In this document: positions 8,141 through 18,671 of the stretch, piece by piece | How positions within the stretch are numbered: position 1 is the stretch's first letter | Layout: each line of letters begins with the position of its first letter | Assembly (NCBI GenBank): GCA_003223395.1 | Contig: QHUZ01000052.1 | Location: forward strand, 24,953-88,952 | DNA: 64,000 nucleotides | DNA from: Gemmatimonadota bacterium | Lineage (GTDB): Bacteria; Gemmatimonadota; Gemmatimonadetes; Gemmatimonadales; GWC2-71-9 | Reading direction: 5' to 3' | Position numbers and translations under genes: made by a program | The notes under the pieces: generated by a model | Told to the model about the DNA's origin: nothing | Database searches by the model: none | What the model saw: only the letters and a program-made list of their open reading frames with translations

Positions 8141-10423
8141 ATGATACGACGCGGACTCATCGTCGCGCTCGCGTGCGTCGCGCCGGGCGCAGCGGCGGCG
8201 CAGAACGTCTCCGAAGTCCAGGTCGCCCCTCCAACGGTGACCATCCGCGTCGGGGAACGCAGTGGTTTGCTCGCCACGGCGTTCGATCGCATCGGGAATG
8301 TCATCCCCACCGTCCGCATCATCTGGTCGTCCAACAACGTCAACATCGCGAAGGTCGATAACAGCGGCACGGTCACGGGGGTCGCCAACGGCGTGGCCAT
8401 CATCGAGGCCCGCGTAGGCGCCCGCCGCGGCCAGGCCGCGGTCCAGGTCACGGGGGGAGCCGCTCCTGCTCCGCCAGCTGCCCCCCCGGCCGGTCCGCCC
8501 GCGCCGCCCCCACCCCCCCCGGGTCCGGACCCATTTGCGGGGCAACCGCCGGGCAGTGGACCGGCCGCGGCGCTGCGGCTCGAGCCGGGGGTCGTCTACC
8601 TGCTGCCGTCGGAGAATTGGCGCGTCTCCCCGCGGGCACTGCGGGAGGACGGTTCTCCGGCGGCGCCCGTCATGGTCGTCTGGACGTCGTTGAGCCCGGC
8701 CGTGGCGAGCGTCGATCAAAGTGGGAATGTAGTAGCGCTCTCGCCTGGTCAGGGCACGATCCAGGCGACCGCTTCGGGCGCTGGGGGGCTCACTGCAACC
8801 GCGCCGGTGGTCGTGCAGCAGGCGGAATTCACGGTGCGGGAGGGCTCACCCCTGATGCTCTCGCCGGGCGAAGTCGACACGGTGCACGTGGTCGTCGCCG
8901 CGCAGAGCAACCGGACGGTCAATCCGCTCGTGTTGCAGTGGTCGTCCAGCGATCAGAGCGTGGCGCGCGTCAGCCTCGCGGGCGCGGTGACCGCAGCCGG
9001 GCCGGGCAAAGCGATCCTGACCGTCTCAGGGTTGCTACAGAGCAAGAGCATCGAAGTGTCGGTCCATCCAGTGGTGGCCAAGCTCACAGTTCTCCCCAGG
9101 CTCTCGGAGGAGGTTCAGGTACCACTGACCGGCAGCACTAAATTCGAGGCGCACGCCCTCACGGCCGACAACGCACCGGTTCCGGAAGCGCCTTTCCGTT
9201 GGACCGTCACGGATCCTGGGATCGCGAGCTTCGACGTGAAGACCGGACTCCTGACGGGTCGCGCGGTGGGGAAGACGCAGCTGATGGTGCGGGGGCCGGG
9301 CGCTGGTCTCGTCGTGACCTGGAGTGTCAGCGTGATCGCCGGCTCGGTGAAGTTCACCGAGGCCCGCGTGGGGCTCGGAGTGAATCAGCGGCGCACCCTG
9401 CGCGCCAACTACGCCGACGACCAGGGGAACGTGCTCGGCCCCGCCTCCAACCTCACCTGGAACAGCGACAGTCCGCAGGTCGCGACCGTGGGGGAAGACG
9501 GCACGGTTGCCGGCGCCGGGTATGGGCATGCGAAGATCACGGCCAGTGCCCCTGGCGGGAAGACCGCAGTCGCGGACGTGTACGTCGTCGGCGAGATCCT
9601 CGTCGCCAGCTCGCGGGGGAACCCGCCCGGCAAGTTCCAGCTCTATGCCGTGGACCGCTCCAACCTCGCCCAGCTCACGAAGCTCACCCCCGACACGACG
9701 TCGGCGAGCGATCCGGCCTTCTCTCCCGATGGCTCGCGCATCGCATTCGTTTCCCAGCGCGATGGCAACCCCGAGATCTACGTGATGAACGCGGACGGGA
9801 CGGGGTCCACGCGGATCACGAACGACCCGCAGGCCGATGGCCGGCCGTCGTTCACGCCGGACGGCCAGGCGTTGGTCTTCCATTCCGCGCGGACCGCGGG
9901 GAAACAGCAGATCTGGTTCGTCAATGTGGATGGCGCCGGCCTGACTCAGCTGACCCGCGACTCGGTCAACGCCATGCCCACAGTGTCGCCCGACGGGCAG
10001 ACCATCGCGTACGTCTCGACGCGCAACAAAGAGTCGCACATCTGGCTAATGGCGCGGGATGGCTCCAATCAACGGCAGTTCACGCGCGGCCTGCAGCAGC
10101 GCGAGTCCGACCCCCGTTTCCTGCGCGATGGCGCCCTGGCCTATCTCGCGGAGCGGCGTGAAAACAACCGCACCGTTCAGCAGGTGATGCGAGCCGATCT
10201 CGCGACGGGTGCGACGACGGCGATCACGGGCACGGACCTGGCGATTGCCTCGTTTGCGGTCTCGCCCGCCGGCGACCTGGTCGCGCTCGTCGTGAACGCC
10301 GAGCCGCAGAACCGCCGCAATCCCACGTATCGCGTGTACATCCAGCCGGTGAGCTCCGCGACGCCGATCCCCGTACCCGCCACGGGGACGGAGCAGATGA
10401 TTACGCCGACGTTCCGGCCCTAG
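8141..10423 (+). CDS. secreted protein with multiple Big_2 Ig-like domains and TolB-like PD40 beta-propeller
   Basis: Signal peptide; repeated W-S-S...VA.V...G.V motifs; PAFSPDGSRIAFVS repeats. Confidence 0.85.
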   Translation: MIRRGLIVALACVAPGAAAAQNVSEVQVAPPTVTIRVGERSGLLATAFDRIGNVIPTVRIIWSSNNVNIAKVDNSGTVTGVANGVAIIEARVGARRGQAAVQVTGGAAPAPPAAPPAGPPAPPPPPPGPDPFAGQPPGSGPAAALRLEPGVVYLLPSENWRVSPRALREDGSPAAPVMVVWTSLSPAVASVDQSGNVVALSPGQGTIQATASGAGGLTATAPVVVQQAEFTVREGSPLMLSPGEVDTVHVVVAAQSNRTVNPLVLQWSSSDQSVARVSLAGAVTAAGPGKAILTVSGLLQSKSIEVSVHPVVAKLTVLPRLSEEVQVPLTGSTKFEAHALTADNAPVPEAPFRWTVTDPGIASFDVKTGLLTGRAVGKTQLMVRGPGAGLVVTWSVSVIAGSVKFTEARVGLGVNQRRTLRANYADDQGNVLGPASNLTWNSDSPQVATVGEDGTVAGAGYGHAKITASAPGGKTAVADVYVVGEILVASSRGNPPGKFQLYAVDRSNLAQLTKLTPDTTSASDPAFSPDGSRIAFVSQRDGNPEIYVMNADGTGSTRITNDPQADGRPSFTPDGQALVFHSARTAGKQQIWFVNVDGAGLTQLTRDSVNAMPTVSPDGQTIAYVSTRNKESHIWLMARDGSNQRQFTRGLQQRESDPRFLRDGALAYLAERRENNRTVQQVMRADLATGATTAITGTDLAIASFAVSPAGDLVALVVNAEPQNRRNPTYRVYIQPVSSATPIPVPATGTEQMITPTFRP

Positions 10424-10436
10424 ATTTCAGGCGCCC

Positions 10437-11486
10437 ATGCGCGCCTGCGTTCTCACCGCCACCGGCGGAATAGACAAACTCGCCATCATCGATGTTCCTG
10501 ACGCCTCCGCGCCCGGGGCGGGAGAGGTGCGCGTCCGCATTCGCGCCGCGGCTCTGAACCACCTCGATTTGTTCGTCGCAGACGGACTTCCGGGCGGGGG
10601 GACCGCGGAGCGCTTTCCGTTTGTCGTCGGCGCCGACGGCGCCGGGGTTGTCGAAACCGTCGGCCCCGGCGTCACCAACGTGCAGCCCGCCGATCGGGTG
10701 CTCATCAATCCGGGCATCTCCGATTGCACGTGCGAATTCTGCCGCGCGGGCGAGCATTCGCTCTGCGTGAACTATCGACTCTTGGGCGAACACCTCCCGG
10801 GGACAATGGCCGAGCTGGTGACGGTACCGGCGCAAAACGTGGTGCGCGGGCCCAACCTGTCCCCGGCGCTCACCTGGGCGGAAGCCGCGGCGTTCTCGCT
10901 TGTGACGCTGACCGCCTGGCGGATGCTCGTGACACGGGCGCAGCTCAAGGCCGGCGAGACGGCGCTCATTTGGGGAATCGGCGGGGGCGTGTCCTTGACC
11001 GCGATGCGCATCGCCAAGCTCGTCGGCGCGCGGGTCATCGTGACCTCCTCGGACGACGCCAAACTTGCCGCGGCGAAGCAGCTCGGCGCGGATGTGACCC
11101 TCAACCACCGCACCCAACAGGTGGCCGCCGAGGTGCGTGCCCTGACCAACAAGCGCGGCGTGGATGTCGTGGTCGAGAATGTCGGAGCCGCGACGTGGGA
11201 CGACTCGCTCCGCTGTCTCCGGCGCGGGGGCCGACTGGTGACCTGTGGTGCGACATCCGGGCCGCAGGTCCATCTCGATCTGCGGCGGGTGTTCTGGCAT
11301 CATTGGAGCATCCTGGGTTCGACGATGGGGAATGCGGCGGAGTACGCGGAGGTCGTCGGACGGCTGGCGAAGGGAGAGTTGCGACCGGTTGTCGATCGCG
11401 TCTATCCGCTGGACCACGCACGAGATGCATACGAGCGATTGGCCCGGGGCGAGCAGCTCGGTAAGCTGGTCGTGGAGTTGCCTTAA
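10437..11486 (+). CDS. zinc-binding alcohol dehydrogenase / quinone oxidoreductase (MDR family)
   Basis: ALNHLD, CTCEFC...C structural Zn site, GIGGGV. Confidence 0.88.
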   Translation: MRACVLTATGGIDKLAIIDVPDASAPGAGEVRVRIRAAALNHLDLFVADGLPGGGTAERFPFVVGADGAGVVETVGPGVTNVQPADRVLINPGISDCTCEFCRAGEHSLCVNYRLLGEHLPGTMAELVTVPAQNVVRGPNLSPALTWAEAAAFSLVTLTAWRMLVTRAQLKAGETALIWGIGGGVSLTAMRIAKLVGARVIVTSSDDAKLAAAKQLGADVTLNHRTQQVAAEVRALTNKRGVDVVVENVGAATWDDSLRCLRRGGRLVTCGATSGPQVHLDLRRVFWHHWSILGSTMGNAAEYAEVVGRLAKGELRPVVDRVYPLDHARDAYERLARGEQLGKLVVELP

Positions 11487-11492
11487 AGAGCC

Positions 11493-11518
11493 TAAGTATT
11501 TAATTTTTATCATCTTAC
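11493..11518. promoter_or_regulatory. AT-rich gyrA upstream element, IHF-like site
   Basis: taagtatttaatt matches the reverse IHF consensus YAANNNNTTGATW with one mismatch. Confidence 0.3.
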
Positions 11519-11540
11519 ACCTCTCCGATACCGATCTCAC

Positions 11541-14063
11541 ATGACAGGACCGAACGTCCGCGAACGGATACTCCCTCGCCTGATCGAGGACGAGCTCAAA
11601 GAGTCGTTCCTCGACTATTCGATGAGCGTCATCGTGCAGCGCGCGCTGCCCGATGTCCGCGACGGCCTGAAGCCCGTGCACCGCCGGATCCTCTACGCGA
11701 TGAACGAGCTGGGGCTCGTTCCCGGCCGTCCGTACAAGAAGAGCGCGACGGTCGTGGGTGATGTGCTCGGCAAGTACCATCCTCATGGCGACGTCGCGCT
11801 GTACGACACCCTGGTGCGGATGGTCCAGGATTTCTCCCTGCGCTACCCGCTGGTAGATGGGCAGGGGAATTTCGGATCGGTCGACGGCGACTCCGCTGCG
11901 GCGTACCGCTACACCGAAGCGCGCCTCACCCGCGTCGCGATGACGATGCTGGAGGACATCGACAAGAACACCGTCGCGTTCGTCCCGAACTTCGACGACC
12001 GGCTGCAGGAGCCGACGGTGCTGCCCGGCCGGCTGCCCAACCTGCTCGTCAACGGTTCCGCGGGCATCGCGGTCGGCATGACCACGAACATCCCGCCGCA
12101 CAACCTGAGCGAGGTCGTGCAGGCCGTGGTGCATCTGGTGGACCACCCGACCGCGACGATCAAGGACATCAGGAAGTTCATCAAAGGCCCCGACTTCCCG
12201 ACCGGGGCGATCATCTACGGCCGCGACGGGATCAAGGAGTGTTACGAGAAGGGTCGTGGGCGCATCGTCATCCGTGCTCGCGCCATCGCGGAAGAGAAGG
12301 AATCGACCGGCAAGCAACAGATCGTCGTCACCGAGTTCCCCTATCAGGTCAGTCCCGAGCGCGTGCACGAGCAGATTCGCGACCTCGCGCTCGCCAAAAA
12401 ACTCGAAGGCATCAGCGACGTCCGGAACGAGTCCGATAAGGAAGGGATCCGGCTCGTGATCGAGCTGAAGCGCGACGTCATACCCATGGTCGTGCTCAAT
12501 CAGCTCTACAAGCACACGCAGATGCAGCAGACGTTCGGCGCCATCATGCTGGCCCTGGTGGACGGTACGCCGAAGGAGCTGACACTCCTCGAGCTGCTGC
12601 AGCACTTCATCGAGCACCGCCATACCGTCATCACCCGGCGCACCGAGTTCGAGCTGCAGCGTGCGCAGGATCGCGAGCACATCCTCGAAGGCTTGAAGAT
12701 CGCCGTCGACAACATCGACGAAGTCATCAAGCTCATCAAGAAATCGAAGGACACACCGAGCGCCGATGCGGCGTTGCGGAAGCGGTTCAAGCTGTCGGAG
12801 AAGCAGTCGGCCGAAATCCTCAACATGCGGCTGGCGCGGCTCACCGCTCTGGAGATCACGAAGCTCGAGGAGGAGCTGAAGGACGTCCGCAAATTCATCA
12901 AGGAGTGCAGGGAGATCCTGGCCTCCAAGCCGCGGCGCATGAAGATCCTGAAGGAAGAGCTCACCGAGCTGGCGCACGGCTTCGGCGACGAGCGGCGCAC
13001 GGAGATCGTGGCCGATCAGGGCGAGTTCTCGATCGAGGACCTGATCGCCGAAGAGGACATGGTGATCACCGTGTCCCACGCCGGCTACATCAAGCGGCTT
13101 CCCGTCTCGGCGTACCGGCGGCAGCGGCGCGGCGGCAAGGGCGTGATCGCCGCCCACCAGAAGGAAGACGACTGGGTCGAGCACCTCTTCATCGCGTCGA
13201 CGCACGACTACGTGATGTTCTTCACCGAACAGGGGCAGTGTTACTGGCTCAAGGTGCACGAGATCGGACAGGCGGCGCGTGCCGCGCGCGGCAAGCCGAT
13301 CCTGTCGTGCGTCGCCATGAAGCCCGACGAGCGGCTCGCCGCGCTGGTGCCCGTGCGGGAGTTCTCCGAAGATCAGTTCCTGCTGTTCACCACGAAGGAC
13401 GGCGTGGTCAAGAAGACGGTGCTGTCGGAGTTTGGGAACCCGCGCTCGGTCGGCATTCGCGCCATCAACATCGAGAAGGGCGACGAGCTGATCGACGTGC
13501 AGGTCACGGACGGCAAGAACGACATCGTGCTGGCGACCGGGCACGGCATGAGCATCCGCTTCCACGAGAAAGACGTGCGCGACATGGGCCGCACGGCGAC
13601 CGGCGTCAAGGGCATCGCGCTCGACAAGAAAGACCACGTCATCGACATGGTCGTCGTGCGCCGCAAGTCCACGCTGCTCACCGTGACCGAGAAGGGGATG
13701 GGCAAGCGCTCGGAGCTGGATGAATACCGCGTGCAGCATCGCGGCGGCCGCGGCATCATCACGCTGAAACGCAACGAGAAGACCGGCGACATCGTGGCGT
13801 TGAAAGAGGTGCTGCCCGACGACGAGCTGATGATGATCACCAAGAAGGGGATCATGATCCGGGTACCGGTTGAGGGGATCCGCATTTCCGGCCGCAACAC
13901 CCAGGGCGTGAAGGTCATGAACCTGACGCCGGGCGACCTCGTCGTCGATGTGGCGCGTGTCGTGAAAGAAGATGAAGACGAGGAGATCGACGAGGACGAG
14001 CACGAGACGCCGCCACCCAAGTCCAAGTCCAAGCCCAAGCCCAAGCCGAAGCCCAAGAAGTAG
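11541..14063 (+). CDS. gyrA: DNA gyrase subunit A
   Basis: [31 protein letters not shown], GyrA box QRRGGKG. Confidence 0.97.
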   Translation: MTGPNVRERILPRLIEDELKESFLDYSMSVIVQRALPDVRDGLKPVHRRILYAMNELGLVPGRPYKKSATVVGDVLGKYHPHGDVALYDTLVRMVQDFSLRYPLVDGQGNFGSVDGDSAAAYRYTEARLTRVAMTMLEDIDKNTVAFVPNFDDRLQEPTVLPGRLPNLLVNGSAGIAVGMTTNIPPHNLSEVVQAVVHLVDHPTATIKDIRKFIKGPDFPTGAIIYGRDGIKECYEKGRGRIVIRARAIAEEKESTGKQQIVVTEFPYQVSPERVHEQIRDLALAKKLEGISDVRNESDKEGIRLVIELKRDVIPMVVLNQLYKHTQMQQTFGAIMLALVDGTPKELTLLELLQHFIEHRHTVITRRTEFELQRAQDREHILEGLKIAVDNIDEVIKLIKKSKDTPSADAALRKRFKLSEKQSAEILNMRLARLTALEITKLEEELKDVRKFIKECREILASKPRRMKILKEELTELAHGFGDERRTEIVADQGEFSIEDLIAEEDMVITVSHAGYIKRLPVSAYRRQRRGGKGVIAAHQKEDDWVEHLFIASTHDYVMFFTEQGQCYWLKVHEIGQAARAARGKPILSCVAMKPDERLAALVPVREFSEDQFLLFTTKDGVVKKTVLSEFGNPRSVGIRAINIEKGDELIDVQVTDGKNDIVLATGHGMSIRFHEKDVRDMGRTATGVKGIALDKKDHVIDMVVVRRKSTLLTVTEKGMGKRSELDEYRVQHRGGRGIITLKRNEKTGDIVALKEVLPDDELMMITKKGIMIRVPVEGIRISGRNTQGVKVMNLTPGDLVVDVARVVKEDEDEEIDEDEHETPPPKSKSKPKPKPKPKK

Positions 14064-14064
14064 C

Positions 14065-15000
14065 GTGGTCACTTCCCAGGACATCCAGGAAGCCGCAGCC
14101 GGCCTGCGGGGCATCGCGCGCCGCACTCCGCTCCTCTATGTCGAGGAGTTGGGCGCCCATCTCAAGCTCGAGAACGAACAGCCGATCGGCGCGTTCAAGA
14201 TCCGCGGCGCCTACAACGCCATCCGGAAACTCCCCGACGCCGTGCGCAAGCGCGGCGTCATCACGTTTTCGTCGGGAAATCACGGGCAGGCGGTGGCGTA
14301 CGCCGCGAAGCAATTCGGCGTGCGGGCGGTGATCGTGATGCCGGAAACGACGCCCGCGGTGAAAGTCGACGGGGTCAAGAAGTGGGGCGGGGAGGTCGTC
14401 TTCGCGGGCCGCACGTCCGAGGATCGGCGCATCAAGGCGGAGGAGATCGCCCGCACGGAACAGCTCGCGATCGTACCGCCGTTCGATCATCCCGACATCG
14501 TGGCGGGCCAGGCGACCGTCGCGCTCGAAATCGTCGAGCAGCTTCCTGAGGTCGAGACGGTGGTCGTCCCGGTAGGCGGCGGCGGCCTGATTTCGGGCGT
14601 CGTGACGGGTCTCACCGCAGCGGGCAGCAAGGCCGCGGTGTGGGGGGTCGAGCCGGCCGGCGCGCCCAAGCTGCACCACTCGCTCGCGGCCGGAACAGTC
14701 GTCCATCTCGAGCGCACCAGCAGCATCGCCGACGGTCTGATCACGCTCAACGTCGGCGACGTGCCGTTTGCCGAGCTGACGCGGGAGAAAGACCGGCTGC
14801 GGGGGGTCGTCCTGGTGGAGGATGACAGTATCCGCGCCGCCGTGCAGTTTCTATGGCGCACCTGCCGACTCGCGGTCGAGCCGTCGGGCGCGGCCACGAC
14901 GGCGGCCCTCCTCGCCGGCGCGGTGCCACGCTCCCGCACCACGGTGCTCGTGGTCAGCGGTGGCAACGTGGATCGCTCGCTTCTCGAGGCAACGGATTGA
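14065..15000 (+). CDS. threonine/serine ammonia-lyase (PLP, fold type II)
   Basis: GAFKIRGA, SSGNHGQA, PVGGGGL, EPSGA, SGGN; GTG 1 bp after the gyrA stop. Confidence 0.9.
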   Translation: MVTSQDIQEAAAGLRGIARRTPLLYVEELGAHLKLENEQPIGAFKIRGAYNAIRKLPDAVRKRGVITFSSGNHGQAVAYAAKQFGVRAVIVMPETTPAVKVDGVKKWGGEVVFAGRTSEDRRIKAEEIARTEQLAIVPPFDHPDIVAGQATVALEIVEQLPEVETVVVPVGGGGLISGVVTGLTAAGSKAAVWGVEPAGAPKLHHSLAAGTVVHLERTSSIADGLITLNVGDVPFAELTREKDRLRGVVLVEDDSIRAAVQFLWRTCRLAVEPSGAATTAALLAGAVPRSRTTVLVVSGGNVDRSLLEATD

Positions 15001-16436
15001 TGGCTGGTCCCGCTACGCGAGTCCTGGTCGCCGACGACGACGCCTCGTTGGTCCAGACGCTGACCTGGATCCTGAAGGAAAACGGATACGAGGTCGCGGT
15101 CTGCCCTGGAGGCGACGGACTCTTCGCGAAGCTCGAGGAGATCAAGCCCGCGATCCTGCTGCTCGATATCATGATGCCCAAGGTGGACGGGCTGCAGCTG
15201 CTCGAGCGGCTCAAGCAGGACGAGCGCTACCGCGACCTGCCGGTGCTCATGGTGTCGTCCATGCCGCCGGAAGAAGCGACCGTCCGCGCGCTCGGCCTCG
15301 GCGCGGCCGACTTCATCTCCAAGCCGTTCCGGGTGCGGGAGCTGCTCGCGCGCGTCGAAGCGCACATCCGGGTCGGCCGCGCGCTCGCGCAGGCGCGGGA
15401 GGAAGCGCGCAGCCGGGCCGCGATGGTGGACATCCTTCACGAGGTGACCGACTCCCTCAAGCCGGACGAGATGTACCACATCCTCGCCCGCCGGGTGGCC
15501 CGCGCGCTCAACATCTCCAAATGCTCGATGGTGCTCGCGAAGCCCGGCGATCACCAGGGCGTGGTCGTGGCCGCGTATGAAAACCCGATGCTGCGCAATC
15601 TCCAGATCGAGCTGGCGCGCTACCCCGAGATCCGGAAGGCCGTGTCGAGCGGCCGGCTCGTCCTGGTCGAAGACGTGGCGACCGATCCTCTCTATGAAGA
15701 AGAACGGCGCCGCTGGGAGCGGGACGCGATCAAGGTGCCCACGCGCTCGGCCGTCGCCCTGCCGTTCTGGATGAAGGACCAGCAGATCGGCGTCTTCTTC
15801 CTGCGGACGACCGGCGACGATCCGCCGCTCACCCGGGCGGACGCGCAGTTCGCCGAGACGGTCATCAAGACGGCGGTATCCGCAATCGAGAAGGCCTACG
15901 ACTTCGAGAGCGCCGTGTCGGACAAGCAGCGGCTCGAGAAGCTCGCTTCCACCGACGCGCTGACCGGGTGCATGAACCGGCGCGCCCTGGCCGAGGCGCT
16001 GGCGCAGGAGCTGGACCGCGCGCGGCGTTACAGCCTGGCGCTGACGATCCTGCTCGCGGACATCGATCGTTTCAAATCGATCAACGACACGCGCGGCCAC
16101 ATCGCCGGCGACTCGGTGCTGCGGCAGGTCGGCGAGCTGCTGCGGCGCGAGGCGCGCTCGGTCGACATCGTGGCGCGGTATGGCGGCGAGGAGTTCGTCG
16201 TCGTGATGCCGGAGACGGCGCCGCACGGCGCCACGATCTTTGCCGAGCGCGTGCGCATGCGCGTCGCGAACCGGGACTTCGCCGACCCCGGATCCGATCC
16301 GATCCAGCTCACAGTCAGCATCGGACTCGCATCGTTCCCGGACGATCGCGTCCACAGCGCGGACAGTTTCGTGTCGCTCGCCGATCAGGCCCTCTATCGC
16401 GCCAAGAACGAAGGGCGCAACTTGGTCCGGCAATGA
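15000..16436 (+). CDS. response-regulator diguanylate cyclase (REC-GAF-GGDEF)
   Basis: LVADDD...LLDIMMP...KPF receiver; RSVD I-site; RYGGEEF. Confidence 0.92.
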   Translation: MAGPATRVLVADDDASLVQTLTWILKENGYEVAVCPGGDGLFAKLEEIKPAILLLDIMMPKVDGLQLLERLKQDERYRDLPVLMVSSMPPEEATVRALGLGAADFISKPFRVRELLARVEAHIRVGRALAQAREEARSRAAMVDILHEVTDSLKPDEMYHILARRVARALNISKCSMVLAKPGDHQGVVVAAYENPMLRNLQIELARYPEIRKAVSSGRLVLVEDVATDPLYEEERRRWERDAIKVPTRSAVALPFWMKDQQIGVFFLRTTGDDPPLTRADAQFAETVIKTAVSAIEKAYDFESAVSDKQRLEKLASTDALTGCMNRRALAEALAQELDRARRYSLALTILLADIDRFKSINDTRGHIAGDSVLRQVGELLRREARSVDIVARYGGEEFVVVMPETAPHGATIFAERVRMRVANRDFADPGSDPIQLTVSIGLASFPDDRVHSADSFVSLADQALYRAKNEGRNLVRQ

Positions 16437-17575
16437 GCGAGCGCCGCTGCCCGAAATGCGGATCCGTGTATACCGACGCAGGCGCCCGCTTTTGTCCGAA
16501 GGACGGCAGCATGCTCGTGGAAATCCAGGCCCGGAAGCCCGCGGCTCCCCCTTCCCCCAAAGCGAGCGGGGGAAGCGGCACCGGCGTCCGGACACCGCTG
16601 CCGCCGGGGAAAGCCGGTCTCGACCGCGCCTCGAGTCTGTCCAATCAGATCCTGGACGCCCGCTATCAGGTGATGAAGAAGCTGGGCGAGGGTGGGATGT
16701 CGTATGTCTATCTCGCCAAGGAAATCTCGACCGGCGACACCGTCGCGATCAAAGTTCTCTCGCCGCGGCTAGCGTCGGACAAGAGCTCCGTCGAGCGCCT
16801 GCGGCGCGAAGCGGGACTCGCAATGCGGCTCGATCATCCCAACGTCTGCCGCATCCTGCGACTCGGCGAATCGGAAGACGGGCTGATCTATCTGGTGATG
16901 CCGTTCCTGAAGGGCGAACTGCTGTCCGACCGGGAAGTGCGCGGCGGCCCGATGGACATGACGCTCGGCGTGACGTTGCTCAAGCAGATGTGCGCCGGCC
17001 TGCATCATGCCCATGAGCTGCAGATCATTCATCGCGACCTGAAGCCCGAGAACGTCATGCTGGTGCCGGACGACGACGGCGGGGGGGGCGGAGGGGGCGC
17101 GGGGGGCGTCGAGCGCGCTGTGGTGATGGACTTCGGTCTTGCCAAGGAGCGGCGCGCCGATCCGGCGATCGCCAAGCTGACCGCGACGGGGATCATCCTG
17201 GGCACGCCCGAGTTCATGAGTCCCGAGCAGATCCGCGGCAAACCGCTCGACGCGCGCAGCGACATCTACGCCCTCGGCATCGTGGCGTTCGAGATGTTCA
17301 CCGGCAAGCTGCCGTTCTCGGGCCGCAACGCGCAGGAAATGATGATCGCGCGGCTGCGGAGCCAGCCCATCGCGATCCGCACCCTGCGTACCGACGTCCC
17401 CGACACGGTCGAGAAAGCACTCGCCAAGGCACTGCAGACGAATCCGGACAACCGCTTCTCGACCGCGATCGAGTTTGCTGAAGCGCTGACGGGCTCTGCC
17501 CCCTCGTCGGGCGGCGGCGGCGGCGGCGGGGGCGGCGGCGGATTCCTCGGCAAGCTGAAGGAAAAGTTTTCGTGA
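16433..17575 (+). CDS. Hanks-type Ser/Thr protein kinase with N-terminal zinc ribbon
   Basis: CPKC...CPKD; LGEGGM, HRDLKPEN, DFG, GTPEFMSPEQ. Confidence 0.92.
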   Translation: MSERRCPKCGSVYTDAGARFCPKDGSMLVEIQARKPAAPPSPKASGGSGTGVRTPLPPGKAGLDRASSLSNQILDARYQVMKKLGEGGMSYVYLAKEISTGDTVAIKVLSPRLASDKSSVERLRREAGLAMRLDHPNVCRILRLGESEDGLIYLVMPFLKGELLSDREVRGGPMDMTLGVTLLKQMCAGLHHAHELQIIHRDLKPENVMLVPDDDGGGGGGGAGGVERAVVMDFGLAKERRADPAIAKLTATGIILGTPEFMSPEQIRGKPLDARSDIYALGIVAFEMFTGKLPFSGRNAQEMMIARLRSQPIAIRTLRTDVPDTVEKALAKALQTNPDNRFSTAIEFAEALTGSAPSSGGGGGGGGGGGFLGKLKEKFS

Positions 17576-17579
17576 GGCC

Positions 17580-18671
17580 GTGAAGCGGTTCCCCGCGTTC
17601 GACCCACCGGAGTACGTCGACTGGAAACCGGATCCCGCGCTGGTGCGCGCGTTCCGGTCGACGCTCGAGACGAATCCAGAACGCGCCCGGATCGTGTCCA
17701 CCCTGACTCCCGACTCCAAGCTCCAGCTTTATCGCGGCCTGCTGCGCGCCCGGCTGCATGACGTCGAGCTGAAGCGCTGGGTTCGCACCGGCGTGATTTC
17801 TAAAGCGTGGCTGGGGACCGGCGAAGAAGCGACGACGGTCGGCCCGGTCCACGCACTCGAGCGCGGCATGGACATCGTCGCGCCGATGATCCGCAACGCC
17901 GCCGCCTGCTGCGAGATGGGGATGCCGCTCGCCGACATGCTGCGCGCGTATCTCGCGACGGCGGACTCTCCGAGCGCCGGGCGCGACCTCCATGTCGGCT
18001 CGTTCCGGCACGGGGTGCTCCAGCCGATCTCGCATGTCGGTGACATGGTTCCCGTGATCACGGGGATCGCACTCACCTTCAAGATCAAGCGCGAGCCGCG
18101 GGTGGCAATGACCTGGGTCGGCGATGGGTCGACCAAGACGGCCGCCGCGCACGAAGGGACGAACTTCGCGGCGGTACAACGCGTCCCCGCGATCTTCATC
18201 ATCGAGAACAATCAGGTCGCGTTGGGTACGCGCCTCGAGCAGCACCATCTGCCTGCCGACTTCAAGGATTGGCCCGCCAGCTACGGCGTGTGGGGCGCCT
18301 CGTTCGACGGCAACAACGTGCTCGACGCGTACGCCGTCACACGAATCGCGGCCGAGCGGTGTCGCAGTGGTAACGGGCCGGCGCTGTTGATCGCGGAAAC
18401 GTTCCGGATGGGCGGCCACGCCACGCACGACGAGCGCGAGGCTCGGGATACGTTTCCGGCTGAGCTGTTTCGCTCGTGGGGGAAGCGCGATCCCATTGGT
18501 CTCTATGAGGAGTACTTGAAGGAAGACGGCGTGAAGGCCAAGCAGCTCGGCGAGGTCGAGGCTGACGTGACGGCGCAAGTCGCCAAGGCCGCCGAGGAGG
18601 CGATCGCGAGTCGGGAAAGGATGCCGAAGGCGGAGAGCGCGTTGGATGGGGTGTATGCGAACGGTCGGTAG
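17580..18671 (+). CDS. TPP-dependent 2-oxoacid dehydrogenase E1 alpha subunit
   Basis: GDGS...ENNQ TPP motif; RMGGHATHD. Confidence 0.88.
   Translation: MKRFPAFDPPEYVDWKPDPALVRAFRSTLETNPERARIVSTLTPDSKLQLYRGLLRARLHDVELKRWVRTGVISKAWLGTGEEATTVGPVHALERGMDIVAPMIRNAAACCEMGMPLADMLRAYLATADSPSAGRDLHVGSFRHGVLQPISHVGDMVPVITGIALTFKIKREPRVAMTWVGDGSTKTAAAHEGTNFAAVQRVPAIFIIENNQVALGTRLEQHHLPADFKDWPASYGVWGASFDGNNVLDAYAVTRIAAERCRSGNGPALLIAETFRMGGHATHDEREARDTFPAELFRSWGKRDPIGLYEEYLKEDGVKAKQLGEVEADVTAQVAKAAEEAIASRERMPKAESALDGVYANGR

Noticed and set aside
8455-8530. C/G-rich low-complexity tract, and poly-Gly tracts at about 17080-17107 and 17510-17543
   Set aside because: Explained by Pro- or Gly-rich protein linkers with codon periodicity.
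10401-14126. 1241-aa antisense ORF over gyrA/adh, and similar long antisense ORFs (14487-16595, 52775-54703)
   Set aside because: Shadow ORFs expected from high-GC codon bias opposite well-conserved genes; no recognisable motifs.
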